From positions 32,001 to 96,000 of IMG/VR virus record IMGVR_UViG_3300042402_003577: 64,000 bases of DNA. One strand, 5' to 3'. Below are positions 47,777 to 56,211 of the stretch, piece by piece; the stretch's first letter is position 1; the number at the start of each line of letters is the position of its first letter. Position numbers and translations under genes: made by a program. Source of the stretch: a virus. Below the pieces are notes generated by a model that was not told the origin of the DNA, searched no databases, and worked only from the letters and a program-made list of their open reading frames with translations.

Positions 47777-47989
47777 ATGAATCAAGAATTAGCAAGAGTA
47801 GTTGGCTACATAATGTACAACCAATTATTAGAAGAAAAAATAAATGGTAGCTTTTTTCAACAAATAGATCTGGCTATCACGATTGCAGAAAAATTTATTT
47901 TCATATATCCCGAAGACCATAAATGGGAAGACGAGGATTTAGATTGGGATGAATCTATTGAGAAATTTGTAACAACATATATTAACTAA
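47777..47989 (+). CDS. Hypothetical protein
   Basis: ORF track. Confidence 0.55.
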   Translation: MNQELARVVGYIMYNQLLEEKINGSFFQQIDLAITIAEKFIFIYPEDHKWEDEDLDWDESIEKFVTTYIN

Positions 47990-48006
47990 AAATAAAATAA
48001 ATAAAA

Positions 48007-48237
48007 ATGACAACTAAAATATTAACAGACGGAAACACAAATGTAATTCAATTAGGTAACTATGTATTCATCCAGCATAAAAAAAGAGTGGTGCATTGTG
48101 AACCCAAAGCATCTTTCAACTTTAATGGATTTGTAGAGGTTAATGGCCTTGACACCGAGCATTTTTCAAATAAATGCCAAGCATACCTATTAAAATTCCA
48201 AGAGGAAGATATTTATAACGCTATTTTCAACAAATAA
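48007..48237 (+). CDS. Hypothetical protein
   Basis: ORF track. Confidence 0.55.
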   Translation: MTTKILTDGNTNVIQLGNYVFIQHKKRVVHCEPKASFNFNGFVEVNGLDTEHFSNKCQAYLLKFQEEDIYNAIFNK

Positions 48238-48245
48238 TAAACTCT

Positions 48246-48440
48246 ATGCTTAAATTTATATTAAAAAAGTTTGGATTCAGACTAATAGAAGAAAAAACAT
48301 ATAAGGCAGTTAAACGATCTCTTACATATTGCTATGCAAGTATAAACTTTGAATATAAAGGCCTAAGTACCTTTGAAAAAAAGATTCTGAGCAGGTCTGA
48401 CTTTAAAGAATTGACAAAAATTGCAAAAGACGTAGAATAA
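48246..48440 (+). CDS. Hypothetical protein
   Basis: ORF track. Confidence 0.5.
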   Translation: MLKFILKKFGFRLIEEKTYKAVKRSLTYCYASINFEYKGLSTFEKKILSRSDFKELTKIAKDVE

Positions 48441-48441
48441 A

Positions 48442-48509
48442 TTTCAACAAAAATTAAAGTAATTGCAACAAAATTGATACCTGATACCTTTAAACTAGTA
48501 CTATCTTTG
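48442..48509 (+). promoter_or_regulatory. Early promoter with tandem (G/T)CAACAAAA boxes
   Basis: Boxes at 48444 and 48465; TATCTTTG at 48502. Confidence 0.75.
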
Positions 48510-48534
48510 CACTATAATTATTAAACTAAAAAAA

Positions 48535-48861
48535 ATGAATAAAGTAACAATAAACATTCCATTAGATACTACAAAATTAGATGCCACTTCTGTTTCTGAA
48601 AAACTAATAGCTAATTCTAACTTTGATGTAAAAAGATTCACAATTAAAAATAATGTATATAGAAAAACTTTCTCTTCTATGTTTGTTGCAGAACTTTTAG
48701 TAATAGATCCTAAATTTGATACCATACTAGAAGATGTGCAGGCCGATTATATTCTGGTGGCAGAAAGTGAAGATGGATCTTATACTTTGTCTTTAAATAA
48801 AGAAAAAGGTATCAAGGCATCAGATTGTGATATAAATAAATTTTATTATTTATTAGATTAA
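48535..48861 (+). CDS. Hypothetical protein
   Basis: First ORF after promoter. Confidence 0.55.
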   Translation: MNKVTINIPLDTTKLDATSVSEKLIANSNFDVKRFTIKNNVYRKTFSSMFVAELLVIDPKFDTILEDVQADYILVAESEDGSYTLSLNKEKGIKASDCDINKFYYLLD

Positions 48862-48898
48862 AAATTATTTAATATACCCCTAAAAAAATACAAGAATT

Positions 48899-49105
48899 AT
48901 GTTATTAACAGAAGAAAAAATAGATCGCTCTAAAATTACTGATATTTCTATCAATGGAATAGATTATTCAGATTATCCCGATTTTTGTGATGCTTATATT
49001 GAAGAGGCTACCTATAATGGTATTCCGCTAAATGAGGATCAATTAGATGAATTGAACGAAGATAGGGATTTTGTGTATGATAAAGTAATGAATTTTTTAT
49101 TTTAA
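48899..49105 (+). CDS. Conserved phage hypothetical protein
   Basis: GID..DYPDFCDAYI..A...G..L...QLDELN motif. Confidence 0.65.
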   Translation: MLLTEEKIDRSKITDISINGIDYSDYPDFCDAYIEEATYNGIPLNEDQLDELNEDRDFVYDKVMNFLF

Positions 49106-49130
49106 TAATCTTATAAATTAAATAAAAGTT

Positions 49131-49526
49131 ATGAAAAAAATAACAACATTAATATTGATGATGATAGCCATATCATCATATTCACAAATGGTTAAGACAA
49201 AACATGGCTGGGATTATTACTCCAAAACATATTTATTTCAAGAATATGGGGAAAAGGCTTTATATTTTAATAGGCCTTCAAAATTATCATTCAACGAAAA
49301 TGACAATGGGTTAATGATAATATACACAAATGGACAAACAGAGACCTTCCATTTGACACAGGTTCACCCAATATTTACATCAGAAACGGATGGAGGCCAT
49401 AAATACGATGTGCATGAAATGTTAAACTATGCAACATATACTGGGCTGTATCTTCAAATTATATTTTCAGAAAAAGTGGTAATAAGATTCTTTTTCCAAA
49501 ATGGATTTAGAGAATATTCATATTAA
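49131..49526 (+). CDS. Secreted protein
   Basis: Bacteroidota-style signal peptide MKK...SYSQ. Confidence 0.6.
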   Translation: MKKITTLILMMIAISSYSQMVKTKHGWDYYSKTYLFQEYGEKALYFNRPSKLSFNENDNGLMIIYTNGQTETFHLTQVHPIFTSETDGGHKYDVHEMLNYATYTGLYLQIIFSEKVVIRFFFQNGFREYSY

Positions 49527-49548
49527 CTTAATAAAAAAATTAATTGAA

Positions 49549-49731
49549 ATGACCCCAAGAGAAAAAGCAGAAGAGTTATATAGTAGTTTTTGGATAAATA
49601 GGCATCTAGAAGAATCTAATGAAATAGCTAAAAAATTTTCATTAATAGCCGTTGAAGAAATATTAAATAGTTGCAAAACCTACTTATCCCCTTATTATTT
49701 AGAAGTTAAAAAAGAAATAAATAAAATATGA
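49549..49731 (+). CDS. Hypothetical protein (MTP.EKA.EL family)
   Basis: Paralog of 37831-38040; start reassigned. Confidence 0.6.
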   Translation: MTPREKAEELYSSFWINRHLEESNEIAKKFSLIAVEEILNSCKTYLSPYYLEVKKEINKI

Positions 49732-50066
49732 CACCTAAACAAGAATATGAAGAAATTGCTGAAATAGATTTAACAAAACTTTGCTATTACGATAAAAGAA
49801 ATCCTGATTTTCAAATAAAAGAAGAATATGGTTATGACAAAGAAGAGGTTGAATCTACAGGAAATTTTTCTAAAAAAGATTGTGCTTGTGATAATTGTTT
49901 TTATGGTAGGAGCAAGTTAACAGAACAACTTATTTGGCAACAAGACAAGAATAAGTATAGTGAGGAAGATATGCAAGAGTATGCAGAGTTTTGTATTAGA
50001 TGTTATCAAAAAGAATTGCCTTGTATAATAGCTAAAGATTGGTTTGAACAATTTAAAAAGAAATAA
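49728..50066 (+). CDS. Hypothetical protein
   Basis: CACDNCFYG; YSEEDM...WFEQFKKK tail. Confidence 0.55.
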   Translation: MTPKQEYEEIAEIDLTKLCYYDKRNPDFQIKEEYGYDKEEVESTGNFSKKDCACDNCFYGRSKLTEQLIWQQDKNKYSEEDMQEYAEFCIRCYQKELPCIIAKDWFEQFKKK

Positions 50067-50067
50067 T

Positions 50068-50319
50068 ATGAAAAGCACAAAAGAAAAAAATTTTTTATAT
50101 CTTTCTGAAATTTTAAGTTCTAGACTTTATAATAGATTAAGCACTTGTTTATTATGTAAAATAAAAGATATAGAACATAAGTATCATGAATGGACATTAG
50201 AAGATTTATTATTAATTGATGAAACCGAATTAAAAGGATTAAGAAATGTGGGAATAGTATCCTTTAATGAATTTATTTATTGGAAACACGAAGCAAAACA
50301 ACTAAAAAATAATATATGA
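50068..50319 (+). CDS. Stand-alone RNA polymerase alpha-CTD-like protein
   Basis: LSSRLYNRL...TLEDLL.....EL..LRNVG..S..E matches the alpha-CTD HhH consensus. Confidence 0.65.
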   Translation: MKSTKEKNFLYLSEILSSRLYNRLSTCLLCKIKDIEHKYHEWTLEDLLLIDETELKGLRNVGIVSFNEFIYWKHEAKQLKNNI

Positions 50320-50519
50320 AAAATAAACAAATGACTGCAATAGAATGGTTAGAAGAAAAATTAAGTATAAAAGTATTATTGTCGGCCACATTGATAGTTT
50401 TACTTATGTATTTACCCCCAATATTTTTTGAATATACCAAAGCAAAGAATAAGACGGAAGTAATTGATACTCATAACGAGGGAGATCAGATAAAAAAAGT
50501 ATACTCTCTAAAAAAATAA
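50316..50519 (+). CDS. Small membrane protein
   Basis: TAIEWL motif plus TM. Confidence 0.5.
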   Translation: MKNKQMTAIEWLEEKLSIKVLLSATLIVLLMYLPPIFFEYTKAKNKTEVIDTHNEGDQIKKVYSLKK

Positions 50520-50559
50520 CCAGTATAATTAAATATTAACAATTTAAAAAATTAAAAAG

Positions 50560-50766
50560 ATGAAAGAACCAAATTTAACAAATCCAATTGATCTAAAATT
50601 AGCGGAATTGGTGGCTAGAAAAAAAGCTAAAAGTATTAATAACGATAGTGTTGACTTAAATAAATTATGGCCTAGTACATTATCTTCCAATACTAGGGGG
50701 GGATTTACCGCTACAGGGGGTAATTATGCTTCTATAGTAAAAGTAGATAGAAACTATAACGGCTAA
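50560..50766 (+). CDS. Hypothetical protein
   Basis: ORF track. Confidence 0.5.
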   Translation: MKEPNLTNPIDLKLAELVARKKAKSINNDSVDLNKLWPSTLSSNTRGGFTATGGNYASIVKVDRNYNG

Positions 50767-50852
50767 TTATAATCTTTAAAATAATTTTTATTGAAAATAA
50801 AATCAATTCGTTTAAAAAATAATTATTAATTTTGCACTTAAATTTAAAAGAT

Positions 50853-51032
50853 ATGTTACAAAGAATAATAAAAAAAGTATTTCCAAAAACTCACACCAGA
50901 ATTTTTGATGAAGGGTATCTAAAGGCAGAGAAAGATGCAAAGACCCGCAAACTAACTAAGGATCAACAAAATTGGTACTATTGGGAACAAGAAAGACAAA
51001 GAGAAATAGCCATGAGAGATGGCGAAGAGTAA
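50853..51032 (+). CDS. Hypothetical protein
   Basis: Start moved to ATG downstream of TAATTTTG box (50827). Confidence 0.5.
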   Translation: MLQRIIKKVFPKTHTRIFDEGYLKAEKDAKTRKLTKDQQNWYYWEQERQREIAMRDGEE

Positions 51033-51059
51033 AATATTTAAACTAAAAAATTATAAATT

Positions 51060-51209
51060 ATGATACATATAGTATTTAAAATAAATAAACAAGATGTTTT
51101 CAGTAAAGGTAAAACATACGAAGGCAATGTTTGCGATGCTTACCGCCAATGGGAAATAGAATTTCCAGATGCAACATTTATAGGCTTATACCCTCATAAT
51201 AAAAACTAA
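51060..51209 (+). CDS. Small hypothetical protein (49 aa)
   Basis: Hand translation MIHIVFKINKQDVFSKGK...; fills gap. Confidence 0.45.
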   Translation: MIHIVFKINKQDVFSKGKTYEGNVCDAYRQWEIEFPDATFIGLYPHNKN

Positions 51210-51212
51210 TTT

Positions 51213-51851
51213 ATGAAATTATCTTTAAATAAAACCAGATTGTACTATTATGATAGTGAATCACTTACTTTCAAAAAAGGTAAGTGGGTTAATGGGCTAT
51301 ATGTATCTTTTTTATTAAATATACTAATAATAGCTGGCTTACTTTCTAACAATGTTTCGGTAAATATGAAATATGCCAATATGTTAAATATTTTGAAGCA
51401 AAAAGAAAAAACTATTAAGCACTTAGAAGTGAAAAGCCAAGATAGTGCTACCGAATATGCTGATTTCAGGAGAAGTTTGCCTCTTAAATTAACATTAAGC
51501 GAAGAAAAAAGATTGAATCATTTGTACTTTACCTACAAAAGTTTGATAAATAAACATCATTGTCCTCATAATTTATTATGGTATATTGCATTTAAAGAAT
51601 CAAGATTAAACTTAAATGCTAAAAATTCTAGTTCTTCTGCTCAGGGCATGTTTCAATTTATAAACGGAACTTGGAACGCTATGTGTAAGAGAGGTGGAAT
51701 GGATGTTTTAAATAGATATTCTGAAGAAAAACAAGTAAAAATTATGTGCATTTATCTTGACTATCTTTTTGATAAGTATAAAAACTGGCAACTAGTACAT
51801 AAAGAATATACTGGGGGAGTTATCTTATATAAATTACCCTACTACAAATAA
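51213..51851 (+). CDS. Membrane-anchored lytic transglycosylase (SLT)
   Basis: TM plus ESRLN..AKN..SSAQGMFQFI..TW. Confidence 0.8.
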   Translation: MKLSLNKTRLYYYDSESLTFKKGKWVNGLYVSFLLNILIIAGLLSNNVSVNMKYANMLNILKQKEKTIKHLEVKSQDSATEYADFRRSLPLKLTLSEEKRLNHLYFTYKSLINKHHCPHNLLWYIAFKESRLNLNAKNSSSSAQGMFQFINGTWNAMCKRGGMDVLNRYSEEKQVKIMCIYLDYLFDKYKNWQLVHKEYTGGVILYKLPYYK

Positions 51852-51871
51852 TAAATACAAACAAACCTATT

Positions 51872-52921
51872 ATGAGCACCCAATCAACACAAACCAAAGA
51901 TAGTATGCAAGATGTAGAATTTGATTTAGAAAGACTTTCTGCTGAAATAGATCAAGAGTTTCAAAAAACTCATACTAAATACACAGATAGTGCTGGATCA
52001 ATCTACAATTCATATTCCGAACTATTATTGGAGAATAAAAACTTAATGGCAGATTCCTTTTTAAAGGAATGCAAAGCAGTACTATCCAATGCAAAGAAGG
52101 ACTTAATTGAAGAGATTAGTAAGGGGAGGTCTGTAATACAAATAACTCAAAACAACCGCACAATTGAGATCAATGTAGATCACATGGCTCATCCACTTTA
52201 TGAGACTGCATTAAAAAGTCTTTTGCTATCTAAAAAACTTATGTTAGTAGGGCCTGCTGGTACAGGCAAAACTTATATGGTGCAGGAATTTGCCAAATCA
52301 CTAAATTTACCTTTTTACAAATATTCTTGTTCAAGAGATAGTTCAGTTCACGACTTAATAGGATATAAACAACCTGCGTCAGAAACATATTTACAAACTA
52401 CCTTTTTAAATTGTTACGAGAATGGAGGAATATTCTTAGTGGATGAATATGACGCTATGAGTGGGGATATGTCTCTATTCTTTAATGGAGTGGCAGATAA
52501 TTCAAAGTCTATTTCTGTGCCTCATAGAGACAACAATCCTAATGCCTTGAAGCACCCTGATTTTTATATTGTAATGTGTGGTAATACTTGGGGTAATGGA
52601 TCACAAGATTTCTCAGGAAGAGATTTTCAGGATATGGCTTTAATGGATAGATTTAGATTATCTAAATTATTTGTAAACTACCATCAACCCTTAGAAACTT
52701 TCTTGTGTGAATCAACCATGGTTTCTTATAAAGAGGTATTACTTTTAAGAGAATGTTTAGAACAGATAGGTTCCTATCTTTCAACTCGTAATATAGAAGA
52801 TATTTGTATTATGGTAAAATCAGGGTTAAGCTATAATGCTTGTGTACTAACTTTACTTTCAAGTATGGAAGAGTCTGATAGGCAAAATTTACTTTCTAAA
52901 TTAAATATTGATGCTCAATAG
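51872..52921 (+). CDS. MoxR/CobS-like AAA+ ATPase
   Basis: GPAGTGKT, LVDEYD, HPDF, GNT.G.G, D.A..DRF. Confidence 0.85.
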   Translation: MSTQSTQTKDSMQDVEFDLERLSAEIDQEFQKTHTKYTDSAGSIYNSYSELLLENKNLMADSFLKECKAVLSNAKKDLIEEISKGRSVIQITQNNRTIEINVDHMAHPLYETALKSLLLSKKLMLVGPAGTGKTYMVQEFAKSLNLPFYKYSCSRDSSVHDLIGYKQPASETYLQTTFLNCYENGGIFLVDEYDAMSGDMSLFFNGVADNSKSISVPHRDNNPNALKHPDFYIVMCGNTWGNGSQDFSGRDFQDMALMDRFRLSKLFVNYHQPLETFLCESTMVSYKEVLLLRECLEQIGSYLSTRNIEDICIMVKSGLSYNACVLTLLSSMEESDRQNLLSKLNIDAQ

Positions 52922-53786
52922 CCCATTGTTAAAGCTTGCAGAAAAATTTATACACTGCAAGTACCCTTCAAATTATAGACCTAAAGTACATTTAGAGCAA
53001 TTGCCTTCTGGTAAACATCTTATGCGTTTTGATAACTTATATGATCTATATTTTTATGACGATCCGAGAAATGTTGAAGACATTTGGAGTTCAGGATATG
53101 AAGGTAGTTATTATGTAGACCAAGACTATTTTACAGATAGAGGTATTATAAGTGAAGGAAAAAAAGATATTTTAAGAGATGCAGAAAAACAATTAAATGC
53201 CGATAGAGACTTTTTAAGTTTGATCCACTTAGGAAAAACTGACAAAAGAAAAATGGAATTAAATAAGTTTTCAGGAAACCTATCCGTAGTAGATTATGCA
53301 AAACAATCAGATAAAATATTTAAAAAAAGAGTGGAGGGTAAAAAATCAAAGACTTTAAATATAGCTTTTCAGGTAGGAACATTTTCTGATGAGAACTATG
53401 AAAAATCATTTGTTAAGATTTTAAAACTTGTTTTGTCTTGCCAAGCATTAAAAATATCGTTAAATATAGATGTATTTGATTCTGATACAACAGCCTTTGG
53501 GGATGATAGAGAGTCTGGATATACTATAGTTAATGTCGCAAAAGCAAGCAATAAAATAAACTTAGTAAATTTATTTGCTTTTTCGCATGAAGACTTTTTT
53601 AGGTATACATTATTTAACTCATACTTGGCTTATGGCCAATCCTCTGAAATTGGAACATTCCTTCAGGAAGAAACCATTATAAGCGACCTAAAAGACAGGT
53701 ATGATATTATTGGGGGAAATATGGTAAATAAAGAATTGTCTGAGGATAGCACAATTAGTAGAGTATTAAAAATAGCTAATATATGA
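52908..53786 (+). CDS. Probable MoxR partner (CobT/VWA-like)
   Basis: Overlaps AAA gene; alpha/beta pattern; no clear MIDAS motif. Confidence 0.45.
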   Translation: MMLNSPLLKLAEKFIHCKYPSNYRPKVHLEQLPSGKHLMRFDNLYDLYFYDDPRNVEDIWSSGYEGSYYVDQDYFTDRGIISEGKKDILRDAEKQLNADRDFLSLIHLGKTDKRKMELNKFSGNLSVVDYAKQSDKIFKKRVEGKKSKTLNIAFQVGTFSDENYEKSFVKILKLVLSCQALKISLNIDVFDSDTTAFGDDRESGYTIVNVAKASNKINLVNLFAFSHEDFFRYTLFNSYLAYGQSSEIGTFLQEETIISDLKDRYDIIGGNMVNKELSEDSTISRVLKIANI

Positions 53787-54019
53787 ATATTGCACACGAA
53801 GAAAAAATTATTATAGATAAAAGTTATTTTAAAAGAAAAGATAACCAAAAGAAAAACTCTGAATCAAGGATAGATCCTAGTACATTAGAAGAAATTTTAG
53901 ATTCAATATACCAACAAGAGTACTTAGATAGCTTAGATCTAATGCCAGAACCTAAAACACAAAAAGAATTAAATAGTAGTACTTCTACTTTCAAAGCAAA
54001 GAAAAAATATTTTAATTAA
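53783..54019 (+). CDS. Hypothetical protein
   Basis: ATGA overlap. Confidence 0.5.
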   Translation: MNIAHEEKIIIDKSYFKRKDNQKKNSESRIDPSTLEEILDSIYQQEYLDSLDLMPEPKTQKELNSSTSTFKAKKKYFN

Positions 54020-54034
54020 CAATAAAAAAAAATT

Positions 54035-54274
54035 ATGACAAAGAAAATAGATAATTGCCCAGAGGGCGGAGACGGCATAGTAATTATACCAAAGCCAGAC
54101 TGCTTGCTTCCAAAAGACTATTCAAGATGTATTTCTGTAGATTGTCCTGCTAACGATTGCGCTAGGCTACAAAGCTATCTTTATGATGCACAGAGTGAGG
54201 ATCCTATATTAATTTCTGATTTTGGACAGGACAAAAAAATAGAGTCAAAAGAAGATTGTGACTATTACCTATGA
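54035..54274 (+). CDS. Small Cys-rich protein
   Basis: C....CP....C.R...C..Y. Confidence 0.55.
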   Translation: MTKKIDNCPEGGDGIVIIPKPDCLLPKDYSRCISVDCPANDCARLQSYLYDAQSEDPILISDFGQDKKIESKEDCDYYL

Positions 54275-55332
54275 AAGCAGAAGTTCAGGAAAAAGCAGTG
54301 AACGCTTTTCTATCCTCTAAAGATAGGCGATCCACTATTGCTCTAGCGGTAGGAATGGGGAAAACAAAGTGTGCTATTGACATTATCACTCACTACAGAA
54401 GCATCAATCCTAATTGTAAAATTTTGTTTAGTGGTGCCAGACAAATTTATATTAAAAACTTTAAAGATGAATTAAATAAATGGAATTGTTTAGAAAATAA
54501 CATTACTTTTATTTGCAATAAGTCTTTAAAAAATTACAAAGAAAAATATGATTTGATTATTGTAGATGAAATGCACAAGGAGCAAGATCTTATATTGGAA
54601 AATTGTTTGAGACTCATAAGAATAAACCCTGCGGTATCTATATTAGGACTTACGGGTACTCCTAGTAATACTCACGAAATTCACAAGTACTTTCCTATTT
54701 GTTATTCCTACCTTATCAATAATGCTATTGATAATAATTTATTGAACAATTTTCAAATGGTAGTGGTTAAGTATAAAATGACTCCTGAAGAAAAAAGTGT
54801 TTATGATTATCATCACAAAAATTATCTGGCCGCTACCTACCATGAATCCTATCCTCCTGAATTAGGCAAACTAAAGCAGTTCTTAAATACGTTGCCTAGC
54901 AAAGTAGCTCTAACTAATAGACTAATTAATGAGAAATTTTCGGATAAAAAGTTACTAATCTATGCTGGCAGTATTGAACAAGGTGCTAGTTTCGGGTTTT
55001 CTCAATTTAATTCTTCCATGGATAATAAAACTAAGAAGAAAAACTATGATGAGTTCTATCACTCCAAATCAGGTAGACTAGTAAATGTAGGAATCCTAAA
55101 AGAATCCGTTAGTATACCAAATTTAAAGTATGGATTTGTGCTAGGAATAGATAGTTCTCCTTCATCAAAAGAACAACTTATCGGAAGATTTTGCAGGATA
55201 GCAGTACATGAGAAAAGTTTTATTTATTTCTTAGTAGCTGAAGGAACTTTAGAGGAAAAGTGGGTGTTGAATGGTATGGATAAATTTAAAGATAAGATTA
55301 CAACGGTTAATGTAAATAAAAATAAAAATTAA
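54271..55332 (+). CDS. SF2 (DExH) helicase
   Basis: GMGKT, DEMH, GLTGT, QLIGRFCR. Confidence 0.85.
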   Translation: MKAEVQEKAVNAFLSSKDRRSTIALAVGMGKTKCAIDIITHYRSINPNCKILFSGARQIYIKNFKDELNKWNCLENNITFICNKSLKNYKEKYDLIIVDEMHKEQDLILENCLRLIRINPAVSILGLTGTPSNTHEIHKYFPICYSYLINNAIDNNLLNNFQMVVVKYKMTPEEKSVYDYHHKNYLAATYHESYPPELGKLKQFLNTLPSKVALTNRLINEKFSDKKLLIYAGSIEQGASFGFSQFNSSMDNKTKKKNYDEFYHSKSGRLVNVGILKESVSIPNLKYGFVLGIDSSPSSKEQLIGRFCRIAVHEKSFIYFLVAEGTLEEKWVLNGMDKFKDKITTVNVNKNKN

Positions 55333-55335
55333 AAT

Positions 55336-56211
55336 ATGTTTAACAAAGAAACAGATAGATTGAGTTATAGTTCTCTCACTAGGCTTATAAAAGAAGGGGT
55401 TCACGGTTTTTTAAACCCTGTATACAAAAGGAATAATGCTTTAGAGAAAGGATCTATTATAGACAAGATAGTTTTTGATGAGCCTATCACTGAAACTATT
55501 ATAGATATTCCTATTCCAAAGCCTCAAATTAAGGCTATTATTGAAAATATTTTTACAGAGGAGTATAACTATGATCTTTCTATGGAAAACTTAGAAAAGG
55601 TTTGTGGTATATTAGATGTAAAATCCAAGAATTTTGAAAAAATTAAAGAATCCGTTCTGGAGTTTCCAGAATATATTGAATATGCAAAAAATCCAAAAGG
55701 TAAATTCCTAAAACCTAATTTTGAATTAGGAACCGCTATTGCCAATAATGTGCTAAAAGATAGGGAGGCCACCTATCTGTTTAGTCATGGTAAGGCCCAG
55801 TTTGAATGGACTTTTAATTATAGAGGGTTTACTATGTATATTAAAACAGATTATTTAAAAGTAGATCATAGTAGAAGAGAAATTATTATCACTGATTTAA
55901 AATCAAGTAGCTACCCTCCGAAATTTCCTGATAGTGTGCAAAAATATTTATACCATTTACAAGGGGCTTTGTATACAAAAGGAGTGGAAGACTGGATGGA
56001 GAAAAATGATTTGAACCATTATGTACTAAAAACTTTTCATTGGGTTGTGTGCAATTCTACCAAAGTGGATAGTGTTCTGGTATACCCACTCTCTTATAAA
56101 GACGAGACGGAAGGAAATAGAATTTTAGAAGAAACTCTCGATAAGATTGACAAGTACATTGAAAATGATTGGCAAGAAATTCCTGAAGAAGATACCTTAA
56201 CTTTTTTCTAA
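55336..56211 (+). CDS. PD-(D/E)XK exonuclease
   Basis: LSYSSL, K.D, DLKSS, YHLQGALY. Confidence 0.75.
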   Translation: MFNKETDRLSYSSLTRLIKEGVHGFLNPVYKRNNALEKGSIIDKIVFDEPITETIIDIPIPKPQIKAIIENIFTEEYNYDLSMENLEKVCGILDVKSKNFEKIKESVLEFPEYIEYAKNPKGKFLKPNFELGTAIANNVLKDREATYLFSHGKAQFEWTFNYRGFTMYIKTDYLKVDHSRREIIITDLKSSSYPPKFPDSVQKYLYHLQGALYTKGVEDWMEKNDLNHYVLKTFHWVVCNSTKVDSVLVYPLSYKDETEGNRILEETLDKIDKYIENDWQEIPEEDTLTFF

